A DNA stretch of 64,000 bases from Elusimicrobiota bacterium (lineage in GTDB: Bacteria; Elusimicrobiota; Elusimicrobia; UBA1565; UBA9628). The notes under the pieces are model-generated. The model made no database searches, had not been told where the DNA came from, and saw nothing but the letters and a program-made list of their open reading frames with translations. This document shows positions 18,386-28,400 of the stretch, piece by piece (the first letter of the stretch is position 1; each line of letters starts with the position of its first letter). Both the position numbers and the translations under genes were made by a program. The stretch lies in contig JACQWX010000005.1 in the NCBI GenBank assembly GCA_016209035.1, forward strand, positions 6,688-70,687, given 5' to 3'.

Positions 18386-18694
18386 GTGGCGATACATACC
18401 CTGCCGACAACCGAAGCCCGGAGCAGGTTCCTCTCCATGGTCAAGGACGTGGACAAGACCTTCACGCGCTATGTCATCACCCACAGGGGTAAGCCCCAGG
18501 CCGTGATGATGGCCGTCGACGAGTACGAAGGGTGGCTTGAGACCCTGGAGATCTTCCGCTCGGAATCCTGGACGCGCGCGCTCTCCAGGGCGCGGCGCGA
18601 GGAGCGCGCGGGCCGCAGGCTCTCCTACGAAGCCGTGGTCGGCCCCACGGCCTCCGTCCGCGCTTCCCGCGAGAAAACCGCCGCCCGCCGGTGA
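18386..18694 (+). CDS. Phd/YefM-family antitoxin
   Basis: TTEARSRFLSMVKDVDKTFTRYVITHRGKPQAVMMAVDEYEGWLETLEI; GTG start; 4-nt overlap with the toxin gene. Confidence 0.7.
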   Translation: MAIHTLPTTEARSRFLSMVKDVDKTFTRYVITHRGKPQAVMMAVDEYEGWLETLEIFRSESWTRALSRARREERAGRRLSYEAVVGPTASVRASREKTAARR

Positions 18695-18948
18695 GCTGGC
18701 TTCACATCGAGTTCCTGCCCTCGGCGGCGGCGGACTTCCGCGCGCTCCCATCGGACATCAAATCCCGGGTCATCCTGTCCCTCGATATCATCGGCCGCGA
18801 TCCCAATGCCGGCAAGCCCCTGCAGGGCCCCTACTCGGGCCTGCGCTCTTTGCCGGTCGGCGACTACCGGGTCGTCTACCGGTGGGACGCTAGGAACTGG
18901 GTCGTCCTCATCCAGTGCATCGGCCACCGGAGGGACATCGACCGCTGA
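18691..18948 (+). CDS. RelE/ParE-family toxin
   Basis: 85 aa; ...LRSLPVGDYRVVYRWDARNWVVLIQCIGHRRDI. Confidence 0.7.
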   Translation: MSWLHIEFLPSAAADFRALPSDIKSRVILSLDIIGRDPNAGKPLQGPYSGLRSLPVGDYRVVYRWDARNWVVLIQCIGHRRDIDR

Positions 18949-18992
18949 TCTCAGGCGGATGGATATGCGCATTTTGTAGTATTCTCCCCATC

Positions 18993-21530
18993 ATGTGCGG
19001 CGTCATCGGGCTGCGGTGCGCTGGTGACCGGGACGACCTAGGCCTGGCGGCCTCGAGGCTGCTGCGGATGCTCGAGTATCGGGGCTACGACTCTACCGGC
19101 GCGGCCATCCAGACGCACGCCGGCGCGGTCACCCTGCTCAAGGACGTGGGCTCGCCCACGGTGGTCACCAAGAAGCTGGGCATCCACGGGCTCTCGGGCA
19201 AGATATTCTGCGGACAAGTGCGCTGGGCGACCTTCGGGATCGTCACCAAGGAGAACGCCCAGCCGCATGAGGTGCGCTGCAAGGCCCACCTCTACGGCGC
19301 CCACAACGGGAACGTCACCAACTGCGACCAGCTCAAGGACTGGCTGACCGGTCAAGGGCACCGGGTCGTCAGCGACAACGACGGCGAGATGCTGGTCCAC
19401 ACCATCGAGCATTTCTTCGCCCAGGAACTGCGCCGGACTTCCCGCAGGGACGAGGCCTTCAGGAAGGCGATCCTCGCCGCCGCCAGGAAGATGGTGGGCT
19501 CCTACGCGGCCGTCGTCGTGGACCCGGTCACGCACCTGGTGGCCGCCATCAAGGCCGGGAGCTCCCTCTACATGGGCGTCGGCCGCGACGCGGCGCACGG
19601 GCCCTTCACCATCGCGTCCTCGGACCTGGCGACCGTCTTGTCGCTCACCAAGATCCTCCTGCCCATCAGCGAGGACGAGTTCACGTTCTACACCCACGAC
19701 CACGCCCGGTTCTTCCATCTGCGCTCCGGCCGGCGGCTGGAGAAAGAGCCCGTGCGCAGCCGCCTCAGGGTGGAGGAGACCGAGCTCAAGGAACCCTTCC
19801 GGTACTTCATGCAGCAGGAGATATTCAGCCAGCCCGCGGCTGTTCGGAAGGTGATCGGCCTCTTCCTGCGGCGCTCTCCTCTCCTGAAGCTCTCGGGGGG
19901 CTTGGCCCGCCGGCATCCCGGCCTCGTCCGGCAGGCGCGCGCGGCCATCGGGCGCCTCTCCGCGCTGACCGACGCCGGGAAGATAGAGAAGGAGTTCGGC
20001 CGCTTCCTGAAGGGCGGTTTGTGCGCGAAGCTCTCGCGGATGACCCGCGGCCTGGGCTCCTGGCCCAGGGGCCGGAGAGCGGGTCCGGAAAGCTTCGAGT
20101 CCTCCACGGGAGGCTTCCTGGAGGAGCTCTCGGCGAAGACCCCGAAGGGCCTGCTCCCGGTCATGCGGCTCCTAGACGGCTGGTGCCTGCTCGACGAGGC
20201 GGACGAGGTCGCGGCCAGGTCCGGCGAGTTCGTGCGGAGGCTGGTCCGGGCCAAGCGAGACGGGCGCTGCGTCTACATGCTGGCCTGCGGCACCTCCTTC
20301 CACGCGGCCAAGGTGGCCTCCGTCTTCTTCAACAAGATCGCGGGCATCCGGGTGACCGCCATGCTGCCCGGCGATTTCAGGGCCGAGAGCGCGGAGTCTT
20401 TGGCCGACGGGGACCTCGTCATCGGCATCAGCCAGAGCGGGGAGACCAAGGACCTCATCGACGTCATCAACCTCATCCGCCGCTCGAGGCGCGAGGTCGG
20501 CGTCGTCACCGTGGTCAACAACGTCAACTCGACGCTGGCGCTGGAGAAGGCCGACCTCTGCCTGCCCCTGTCCTGCGGGCCGGAGATCGCGGTGCCCGCG
20601 ACCAAGAGCTTCATGAACCAGCTCGCGGTGCTCTACGTCTTGGCGCTCAAGGCCGCCGAGAGGACCCGGCCCGGCGGGGAGACCCGCAGGCGGCTCGACA
20701 ACCTCTTGAGGGTGCCGGCCCTGCTGGAGGAGACGGCGGCCTCCACCCGGGACGCGGTCGACCAGGCCGCCCTGGCCCTCTTCATGGAGCCGAGCATCCA
20801 CATCCTGGCCACGGGCATGCAGGGCGTGGCCAAGGAAGGCGCGCTCAAGGTCCGCGAGGTGGTCTTGAACCACACCGAGGGCTACGAGGGCGCGGAGTTC
20901 AAGCACGGCCCCAACACCATCCTCGGGGTCAACACCGTGTTCGGGCTGGAGGCGGTGCGCTCCATCCTGGGCTCCTTCGCGCGGTTCTCTGACGAGCTCG
21001 CCCGCAGGCGGTCGCTCTCGGCCAAGAGCCTGGCGAAGCTCTACAAAGCCGTGGCGGACTACGCCTTCGATGACATCGAGCCCTCGGGCCTCGACCGGGC
21101 GCAGAGCCACGCCTTCCGGCGCGTCTTCGAGAAGCACGACTTCTTCGCGAGCCTCTACACCAACTACCCGCTGGTGTTCGTGACCGGCCCCGCGGAGCGC
21201 GACGTCAACCTCACCATCTCGCAGATCAACACCCACAAGATCCGCGGCGCCGACGTCACCATCATCGCGGAAGACAACGCCGCTCTGCGCGACGCGGTGA
21301 GCCGCCCCCAGCCCACCCGGTTCGACAAGGAGTACCGGTTCGGCTACATCCGACTGCCCCGGACGGACGACGACCTCCTGCCCTTCTTCACCAGCACCAT
21401 CGCGCTCCAACTCCTGGCGCTCCACATGAGCGTGCGCAAGCTCACCCTGCTCGACAAGCTGGAGATCCTCGACCACGGCGTGCACCCGGACTCTCCTAAG
21501 AACGTCAGCAAGTCCATCACGGTGGACTGA
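18993..21530 (+). CDS. GlmS-like glutamine--fructose-6-phosphate aminotransferase homolog with large insertions (~846 aa)
   Basis: N-terminus MCGVIGL (class II GATase nucleophile Cys2); SIS motifs CVYMLACGTSFHAAK and GISQSGETKD; GlmS-like C-terminus KNVSKSITVD. About 230 aa longer than typical GlmS. Confidence 0.7.
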   Translation: MCGVIGLRCAGDRDDLGLAASRLLRMLEYRGYDSTGAAIQTHAGAVTLLKDVGSPTVVTKKLGIHGLSGKIFCGQVRWATFGIVTKENAQPHEVRCKAHLYGAHNGNVTNCDQLKDWLTGQGHRVVSDNDGEMLVHTIEHFFAQELRRTSRRDEAFRKAILAAARKMVGSYAAVVVDPVTHLVAAIKAGSSLYMGVGRDAAHGPFTIASSDLATVLSLTKILLPISEDEFTFYTHDHARFFHLRSGRRLEKEPVRSRLRVEETELKEPFRYFMQQEIFSQPAAVRKVIGLFLRRSPLLKLSGGLARRHPGLVRQARAAIGRLSALTDAGKIEKEFGRFLKGGLCAKLSRMTRGLGSWPRGRRAGPESFESSTGGFLEELSAKTPKGLLPVMRLLDGWCLLDEADEVAARSGEFVRRLVRAKRDGRCVYMLACGTSFHAAKVASVFFNKIAGIRVTAMLPGDFRAESAESLADGDLVIGISQSGETKDLIDVINLIRRSRREVGVVTVVNNVNSTLALEKADLCLPLSCGPEIAVPATKSFMNQLAVLYVLALKAAERTRPGGETRRRLDNLLRVPALLEETAASTRDAVDQAALALFMEPSIHILATGMQGVAKEGALKVREVVLNHTEGYEGAEFKHGPNTILGVNTVFGLEAVRSILGSFARFSDELARRRSLSAKSLAKLYKAVADYAFDDIEPSGLDRAQSHAFRRVFEKHDFFASLYTNYPLVFVTGPAERDVNLTISQINTHKIRGADVTIIAEDNAALRDAVSRPQPTRFDKEYRFGYIRLPRTDDDLLPFFTSTIALQLLALHMSVRKLTLLDKLEILDHGVHPDSPKNVSKSITVD

Positions 21531-21595
21531 CGGGTTTCCGGCCGACGAGTCCGAAATGAAAAGGCGGCAGGTCCATGACCGGGCCGTCACATTGT

Positions 21596-22570
21596 TCATG
21601 GGGAGCCGAACACGGGCGGCCGCTCGAGCAGGGAGACCGCTCCGACCTCGGCTTCTCCGACGGTGAAGAGGAACCGCTTGTCCACGATGCCCTGGTCCGC
21701 GAAGATGGCGTAGACGCGGTAGTGCCGCTTGCCGAAGGCCACCGGCACCACGGCCTGCACGTCCTGGATCTCGGTCGGCCCGGTCCAGGCCTTGCCGAAC
21801 CAGTAGTCCTGGAAGGAGGCTCGGCCGGCCTCGCGTAGCACCGTGACGTCGCGGGTGTAGAACGCTCCCCTGAGGCCGGACGCGAGAAGGACCGCGGACC
21901 ACGCCATGAGCATGATCCACAAGCCCAGCCGGCCGAATCCTCTGACCGCGGCGCCCGCCCAGGCCGCGACCCCCGGCGCGGACGGTCTCCTTTCGCCCGG
22001 TGCCAGCGCGCCCAAGGAAGGCGCGCAGGCGCCCGGCGAGCGGGCGAGCTCCCTGCGCGTCTCGGAGCTGGAGTCGACCGCGAAATGGAAGGAGATGAGG
22101 AACGCCAGCAGCCCGGCCACGGCCGCCACGGGCATGACGAACCAGCGCTCCCAGGGTTTCTTCTCCATGTGGATGAGGACGGAGTCCTTCAAGACCCGCA
22201 GGGTCGTCTTCACCTTGGTGGTGGCCAGGACATGGACGCCGGGAGCCGCTGGGAAGCCGGGCAGGGTCAGGCGTGCCTCAGTGACCGAGCCCGTCCGGAC
22301 GAACCTCATCGGGACTCGGAGGTGGTTGCCGGGGTCGTCGCATTGGAAGACCCAGGCGCCGGCCCCGCTCAGGATCCGGTAGGGCCTTCCGCCGGCGGGG
22401 CACAGGGAGCCGCCGCCCCGCAGGCCCGACGCCGCGGCGGCCAGGTTGGTCAGGCACCGCAGGTTGGCGCCGGACCGGTAGAGGTCGCGCAATTCCAAGG
22501 CCTTCGAAAGGACGGGCCACGCGACGAGCGCGATCAGCCAGATCGTGACCGCGTCCCGCAAGGCCCTCAT
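21596..22570 (-). CDS. membrane protein (3 TM), translationally coupled to the YfhO-like gene
   Basis: Starts at MRALRDAVTIWLIALVAWPVLS. Only the C-terminal 324 aa of the 1102-aa track ORF look real. The ATG at 22568-22570 overlaps the YfhO stop. Confidence 0.55.
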   Translation of the reverse strand: MRALRDAVTIWLIALVAWPVLSKALELRDLYRSGANLRCLTNLAAAASGLRGGGSLCPAGGRPYRILSGAGAWVFQCDDPGNHLRVPMRFVRTGSVTEARLTLPGFPAAPGVHVLATTKVKTTLRVLKDSVLIHMEKKPWERWFVMPVAAVAGLLAFLISFHFAVDSSSETRRELARSPGACAPSLGALAPGERRPSAPGVAAWAGAAVRGFGRLGLWIMLMAWSAVLLASGLRGAFYTRDVTVLREAGRASFQDYWFGKAWTGPTEIQDVQAVVPVAFGKRHYRVYAIFADQGIVDKRFLFTVGEAEVGAVSLLERPPVFGSP

Positions 22571-24954
22571 GTCGAGGCGCCGCGCAAGGCCCTGCTGGCC
22601 GCCGCCGCGGCCAGCAGGCAGAAGACGGCCAGCGACGCGATGGAGGTCCACGCCCCGACGGCGAAAGCGGTCGGCCGGTACTCGAGCTTCAGCACGTGCC
22701 GTCCTGCTTCGAGCGGCACGGCCATCAGGGTATGGTTCGCCGGCAGTATCTGGAAGCTCCTCTGGCTGGACTCGACGGGGTGGAGCTTCCAGCCCCGGCT
22801 GAAATTGTCCGTGACCAGCAGGATGGAAGGTTCTTTGAGGACCACCTCCATCTCGGCGCCATCGGTAGAGGAACGCAGGAGGCGGACGTCGCCCTGGATG
22901 CCGGAGCGTCCCTTGCGGGGACGGGCCGGAACGGGCCTCGGTTCCGTTTCCAAGATGACCTTCTTCCTCGGGTCGAAGCCCGGCCGCAGGAGGACCGCGA
23001 GCCTTTCCTCCTTCCCCGGGATGACCTGGTAGTCCTGGAGCAGGTTGAGGCGCGGCATGTCGCCAGCTGCCCGCTGAGGAGGACGCCGAGGATCCTTCAG
23101 GACGTATCTGAGCCGCAGCATGGAGAAGACCTTGGGAAGAACGTTCACGGGCGGATACCGTTCGACCCGGCCGGCATCGGCGCCTTGCGAGGCGGCGATG
23201 AACTCGGCGTAGCGCTTGAGGCTCAGCTGAGAGTAGCCCATGAGATCGTAGAGTCCGAGGCGCATCGCGACGTTGGGATGGACGCTCCAATCGTGCAGGA
23301 CGCGGTAGTCCCCGGGGTCGGCCCGCAGTACCGCGCGCCAGCGCTCGGGGTACTGCGCCCCGGTCGACATGAGCCCTCGGGCGAGCCGGGAGAAGGCGCC
23401 CAGTTCCAGGACGGCCAGGAGCGCCAAGCCGTAGACGGCCATGGGGCGCGCGGCGGCGCCAAGACGGGGCCTGGACGCTGCGCCGGGCGCCCAAGCATGT
23501 CCTGATGGCGCCCGGCACGGCGGGCCATCCGGCCTGGACGCCGCGCTTGCCGCGAACAGCAGGGCCGCGACGGCGGCCATGACCCATGCCGCGTTGAAGA
23601 GCTCCTTGGCCGCGAAGGAGCCGGAGAGCTCGGCGAACTTGGGTCCGCTCGGCGTCCCCGCGGGGGCGAAGGTTTCCTGGGCACTCTCGATGTGCCGAAG
23701 CCACTCGCCCCAGCGGCCCTTGTCCTTGAGGCGGGCCGACGAGGACAGCCCGGCGGCTGAGACCATCATGGCGGCGGCGAGCACGAGGGCTGCCAGGGAG
23801 AGGTTCCGCGGCACGGCGCCCTGCTTGAGCCGGTCGAGGCCGGCGCCCGCGAGGGCCGAGAGGAAAAGGCAGGCGAGGAAGCCGAACTTGGCCGTCCCGC
23901 GGAAGAGGTCGTAGCCCGGGAGGGTGTGGTAGAGTGCCTTGTAGAGGGGCAGCCTCGCTCCCAAGGCGAGGATGAGCATGACGGCCGCCATGGCGGCGGG
24001 CATCCGCCAAGGCCGTTTGTCGCGGGCGAGGAGCGCGCTCGCCGCCAAGACGCAGCCCGCGAGGCTCACGAAGAGGGAGCCTTCCCAGATGTAGCAGCGG
24101 CCGAAGTAATGGAACCGATGGATGTCTCCCAGGAACCAGGGGACCGCGAGCGTGACGAGGTTCTCGGGAGGCAGCGAGAAGCTGGAGGCGAACGCGAAAG
24201 GAAGGCCGCCCGCCCTCACGGATTCGCGGGCGGCGTCGACGCCTGCCAGGAGCTGGACGGCTGTCAGGGCTGCTCCGCAAAAATACATGGTCGTCGTTCC
24301 GATCAGCGGAGCAGCCCTTCTCTCCGCCGTCGCCGTCCCCGCCGCCACGAGGAACGCCGCCATCGCCGTGTAATACACGTATTGCGGGTTGCCCGCGAGG
24401 ACCTGCATCGCGACCGCCGTCGCGCCGAAGAGCAGCCACCCGACCTTGCCGCGGCGGGAATGGCCCTCCAGGGCCAGGAGGATCCCCGGCGCCCAGGTCA
24501 TGGCGGCCAAAGGGGGCAGATGGCCGGCGTAGGCGTGGAGGAGCACGGGCCCTGAGAGCATGAACATGAGGCCCGCCAGCGTGGACGCGGCGGGACTCAA
24601 GTCCCGCATCCTGCACCAGGCATAGGTCAGGAGGCCCGCCAGGAAGACGTGGAAGGCGATGGTGAAGTTGAGGGCCGAATGAAGAGGGAAGACCAGGTGG
24701 ACCCAGTTGGGCGGGTAGAGCAGGGCGGATTCGAAGGCCCCGAAGAACGGCGCTCCCCCGAACACATGAGGGTTCCAGAGAGCGAGGTTCCCCCGGCCGA
24801 GTTCCCGGAAACCGAATTCCCGCCACGGCAGGAACTGGGAGGCGAGGTCGTTTGGGGCTCCGGACAAGACGAAGCCTGGGCCCGAGAACAGGGCCGGACC
24901 GCAATGGAGGACCGCGGCCGCGAGCAGGACCAGCGCGGGCGCGGTCCTCCTCAT
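22567..24954 (-). CDS. YfhO-family polytopic membrane protein (GT-C-like glycosyltransferase family)
   Basis: Starts at MRRTAPALVLLAAAVLH; N-terminal pattern ...DLASQFLPWREFGF...GNLALWNPHVFGGAPFFG is typical of YfhO; many TM segments; 795 aa. Confidence 0.7.
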   Translation of the reverse strand: MRRTAPALVLLAAAVLHCGPALFSGPGFVLSGAPNDLASQFLPWREFGFRELGRGNLALWNPHVFGGAPFFGAFESALLYPPNWVHLVFPLHSALNFTIAFHVFLAGLLTYAWCRMRDLSPAASTLAGLMFMLSGPVLLHAYAGHLPPLAAMTWAPGILLALEGHSRRGKVGWLLFGATAVAMQVLAGNPQYVYYTAMAAFLVAAGTATAERRAAPLIGTTTMYFCGAALTAVQLLAGVDAARESVRAGGLPFAFASSFSLPPENLVTLAVPWFLGDIHRFHYFGRCYIWEGSLFVSLAGCVLAASALLARDKRPWRMPAAMAAVMLILALGARLPLYKALYHTLPGYDLFRGTAKFGFLACLFLSALAGAGLDRLKQGAVPRNLSLAALVLAAAMMVSAAGLSSSARLKDKGRWGEWLRHIESAQETFAPAGTPSGPKFAELSGSFAAKELFNAAWVMAAVAALLFAASAASRPDGPPCRAPSGHAWAPGAASRPRLGAAARPMAVYGLALLAVLELGAFSRLARGLMSTGAQYPERWRAVLRADPGDYRVLHDWSVHPNVAMRLGLYDLMGYSQLSLKRYAEFIAASQGADAGRVERYPPVNVLPKVFSMLRLRYVLKDPRRPPQRAAGDMPRLNLLQDYQVIPGKEERLAVLLRPGFDPRKKVILETEPRPVPARPRKGRSGIQGDVRLLRSSTDGAEMEVVLKEPSILLVTDNFSRGWKLHPVESSQRSFQILPANHTLMAVPLEAGRHVLKLEYRPTAFAVGAWTSIASLAVFCLLAAAAASRALRGAST

Positions 24955-25301
24955 CTTCCGGAAGGCATGTACCGGATGTCGTCGACTTCGTAGACGGAGA
25001 GCCGCATCCTCTTGGAGGCTCTCTTCAGGATGCCTTTGAGCTCGGCGATTGACAGCCTCCCGTTGGCCTTGACCGTGATGACCACGGTCTGCTGCTCGAA
25101 ATCGGCCTCTGCCTTCGTGATCATGGGGTGGCGGGAGAACTCGGCCTGGATGGCCCTGCCGCAGGCATGGGTGAGCATCCCCTTGATCTTGATGAGATAG
25201 GGCCCGGGGGTCAGGTCCTTGTAGAGCTCCTTGGGCAGCGGGGCTCCAAGGGCGCCGGTCGTCGACAGAAGGCATGCGAGGAGGGCCGATCTCTTTAGCA
25301 T
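24951..25301 (-). CDS. small secreted protein with HMA-like (beta-alpha-beta-beta-alpha-beta) pattern but only one Cys
   Basis: Signal peptide MLKRSALLACLLSTTGALGA; GMLTHACGRAIQAEF...VVITVKANG; stop overlaps the YfhO start (ATGA). Confidence 0.5.
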   Translation of the reverse strand: MLKRSALLACLLSTTGALGAPLPKELYKDLTPGPYLIKIKGMLTHACGRAIQAEFSRHPMITKAEADFEQQTVVITVKANGRLSIAELKGILKRASKRMRLSVYEVDDIRYMPSGR

Positions 25302-25372
25302 GGCGAGATTATATCACAGAGATGCCAGGCATTGACTTCTTTGACTTCTCCGGCCTCACTTTCTGGAAAGTG

Positions 25373-25401
25373 TTGACAGAACGAGATTCTTCCGATAAAC
25401 T
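25373..25401 (+). promoter_or_regulatory. sigma70-like promoter TTGACA-17-TAAACT upstream of the kinase gene
   Basis: gtgTTGACAgaacgagattcttccgaTAAACT; the -10 ends 10 nt before the ATG at 25412. Confidence 0.4.
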
Positions 25402-25411
25402 ACTTCCTCAC

Positions 25412-28400
25412 ATGGGCAAGAAAGGTTGGGTGATGGACTTGGTCATCGGGCTCCTCCTGAGCCTTTTCGTGGCGGCCTGCTACCTGCTTCCTCCGGTCCT
25501 GCCGTTCATCGAAGCGCTCGAGCTCAAGTCGTTCGACATGCGCTCCACCTGGAGGCAGACCGCGGAACCTTCCCGCGAGATCGTCCTGGTGTCCATCGAC
25601 GATTCCGCGTTGGCGCAGGTCGGGCGCTGGCCCTGGCCCAGGTGGCGCATCGCGGCCCTGGTGGACAAGCTCTCCGGGGCGGGCTCCAAGGTCATCGGCC
25701 TCAACATCCTGCTCTCCGAGGAGGAGCAGAACGAGGGTTTGAAGGAGATCCAGAGGCTCCAGTCCCAGTACGAGGCGTTCGTCGCGTCCCGCAACATCGT
25801 CGAGAGGGGGGTCGCCTTCAGCGCGGAGTTCTCGTCCGCCGCGGTCCGGCTCGACACGGACTCTCGCCTGCTGGCCTCCATCCAAGGGGCAGGGAACGTG
25901 GTCCTGCCCATGTTCTTCGATCTTGGCGGGCTGGCCAAGCCCGAGCCGCTGCCGGCCGCGGTCTCGAGCTCGGTGGTGACCTACGCGGTGGTGCAGGGCT
26001 CCCAGGAATCCGAGATTCCGGACGGGAGCAAGGCCACCTACCCCATCGTCAGGCTCGCCGAGGCCGCGGCGGGCGTGGGGCACGTGAACGTCTACAGCGA
26101 CATCGACGGCTCGGTCCGGCGCGAGATCCCGGTCGTCAAGTACGGCGAGAGCTACTACCCGTCCTACGCCCTGAGGCTGATCATGGCCTACATGGGGCTG
26201 CCCACGACGGACGCGGTCTTCACCCCCGGGGTGAGGCTGCAGGCGGGCAAACTCGAGGTCCCGCTCGACTCGTCCAACGGGATGCTCGTCTCGTTCGTGG
26301 GCCCGGTGGGGACCTTCCAGTCCTACTCCTATCGGGAGGTGATGAAGGAGGATTTTCCGACGGACACCTTCAAGGGGAAGATCGTCATCGTCGGCCTCAC
26401 CGCCGCCGGGGTGGGGACCCTCTACGTCACGCCCGCGGCCCCTGCCCTCCCTTCCATCGAGCTGACCGCCAACGTCATCGAGAACATCCTCAACCGCAGG
26501 TTCCTGACCAGGCCGCCGTGGGCCGCGCGGGCCGAGCTCGGGCTCCTGGGGCTCGTCGCCCTGTTCCTGATGGTCGTCTACCCGAGGCTCAAGGCCTTGT
26601 GGGGCAACCTCCTGGCCCTCGTGCTCCTGATCTGCATCCCGACCGGCGGCTTCTTCCTCTTCCAGCAGGGCCTCTGGCTCAAGGTCACCTACCCGGTGAC
26701 GCTCCTGTTCTGCGGGTGTCTGGTCAGCCTCGCGCGCAGGCTCATCGGAACCGAGAAGGGCAAGGAGCTCGTGGAGGCCTCGGCCATCGAGCAGGCCCGG
26801 ATGCTGGGACTCTCCTTCCAGGGGCAGGGCATGCTTGACATGGCCTTCGACAAGTTCCGCCAGTGTCCCGTCGACGACAACCTCAAGGACGCCCTCTACA
26901 ACCTGGCCCTGGACTTCGAGCGCAAGCGCCAGTACGCCAAGGCCGTCTCGGTGATGGAGCACATCGCGGTCACGGACCCCGCGTACAAGGACATTCCGGA
27001 GAAGATGAAGCTCCTTAAGGCGGCCAGCGAAGGCGCGGTCTTCGGCGGCGTGGGCCAGTCGAAGAAGGAGGGCACGGTCCTCATCACCGGCGGGGCGACC
27101 AAGCCCACCCTGGGCCGCTACGAGATCGAGAAGGAGCTCGGGCGCGGCGCCATGGGCGTCGTCTACCTCGGCCGCGACCCCAAGATCAACCGCATGGTCG
27201 CCATCAAGACCATGATGATGGAGGAGGGCACCGACGCCGCGGCCGCCAAGGAGATCAAGGAGCGCTTCTTCCGCGAGGCCGAGTCCGCGGGCACCCTCAA
27301 CCACCCCAACATCATCCGCATCTTCGACGCGGGCGAGGAATCCGACGTATGCTACATCGCGATGGAGCTCCTCGAGGGCAACGACCTGACGCAGTTCACG
27401 GCCAAGGACAAGCTCCTGCCGCCCGTCCAGACCATGGAGTACGTCGCCCTGGTGGCGGACGCCCTGGACTTCGCCCATGCCCAGGGCATCGTGCACCGCG
27501 ACATCAAGCCGGCCAACATCATGCTGCTCAAGGACGGCACCATCCGCGTGGCGGATTTCGGCATCGCGCGCATCACCGCCTCCTCCAAGACCGCGACCGG
27601 CACGATCATGGGCACCCCGTCCTACATGAGCCCGGAGCAGGTGGCGGGCAAGAAGGTGGACGGCCGGTCCGACCTGTTCTCGCTCACCGTCGCGCTCTAT
27701 GAGTTCCTGACCGGCGAGAAGCCTTTCAAGGGCGGCGAGGGGATCGGCACGCTCCTCTTCCAGATCGCCAACGACCCCCATCCCGACCCCGTGACCATCA
27801 GGGGTGACCTGCCTCCCGGCATCAAGCCGATCATCGACAAGGGGCTGGCCAAGAACCCGGATCAGCGCTATGCCCGGGGTTCCCTCATGGCCGCGGATTT
27901 GCGCGCGCTGATCGCGGCGATCAAGTCAGGAAAGCCGACCGGGCCCGCTGACCCGGCCTCCGGCCGGGCGCCCCCGGCCCCCGCGGTCCAGGCTCCGCAG
28001 GCAGTGCCGCCGCTCCCTCCGCCCGAGGCCCCGCTGACGCAGGTCGTGGAGACGCCGCCGTCAGCCCCGATCAAGATTCCCGCGTTCGTGGGCGAGGACT
28101 CGTCTTCCGGATTGGCGCATCTTCTTGCGGCCGCGTCGGCCGCGCCGGCTCGGTCGCCCAGCGAGGTGACGGATCCGGGCATTCCCCTGGCTCCTGCCCG
28201 AGAAAGGAAGGCTGCGGAAATCCCGTCTCTAGAGCCCCCTGTCGAGGCGGCTCCGACGCCTGAGCCGGTGGTGGAAGCTCCGGCGCCCGAGCCCGCGCTT
28301 GAGCCTGCTCCCGCGGTCGAGCCGGCCCCGGAGCCCGGTGCCCCGGCGTATTCGGCCGCGGAAGAGGAGACCATCGTGATGGCGCCCGGCAGCATCCCGG

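Noticed and set aside
20172-21920. 582-aa - strand ORF
   Set aside because: Antisense to the GlmS-like gene; no motifs.
21596-24904. 1102-aa ORF as a single gene
   Set aside because: Only the C-terminal 324 aa (21596-22570) are protein-like. The upstream 780 aa are an R/P-rich alternative frame overlapping the well-supported YfhO-like gene.
25274-25411. Upstream extension of the kinase ORF to ATG 25274
   Set aside because: It would run through the divergent promoter region and overlap the start of the minus-strand gene. The promoter TTGACA-17-TAAACT lies inside it.
25400-27781. 793-aa - strand ORF
   Set aside because: Antisense to the CHASE2 kinase gene; R/G/D-rich.
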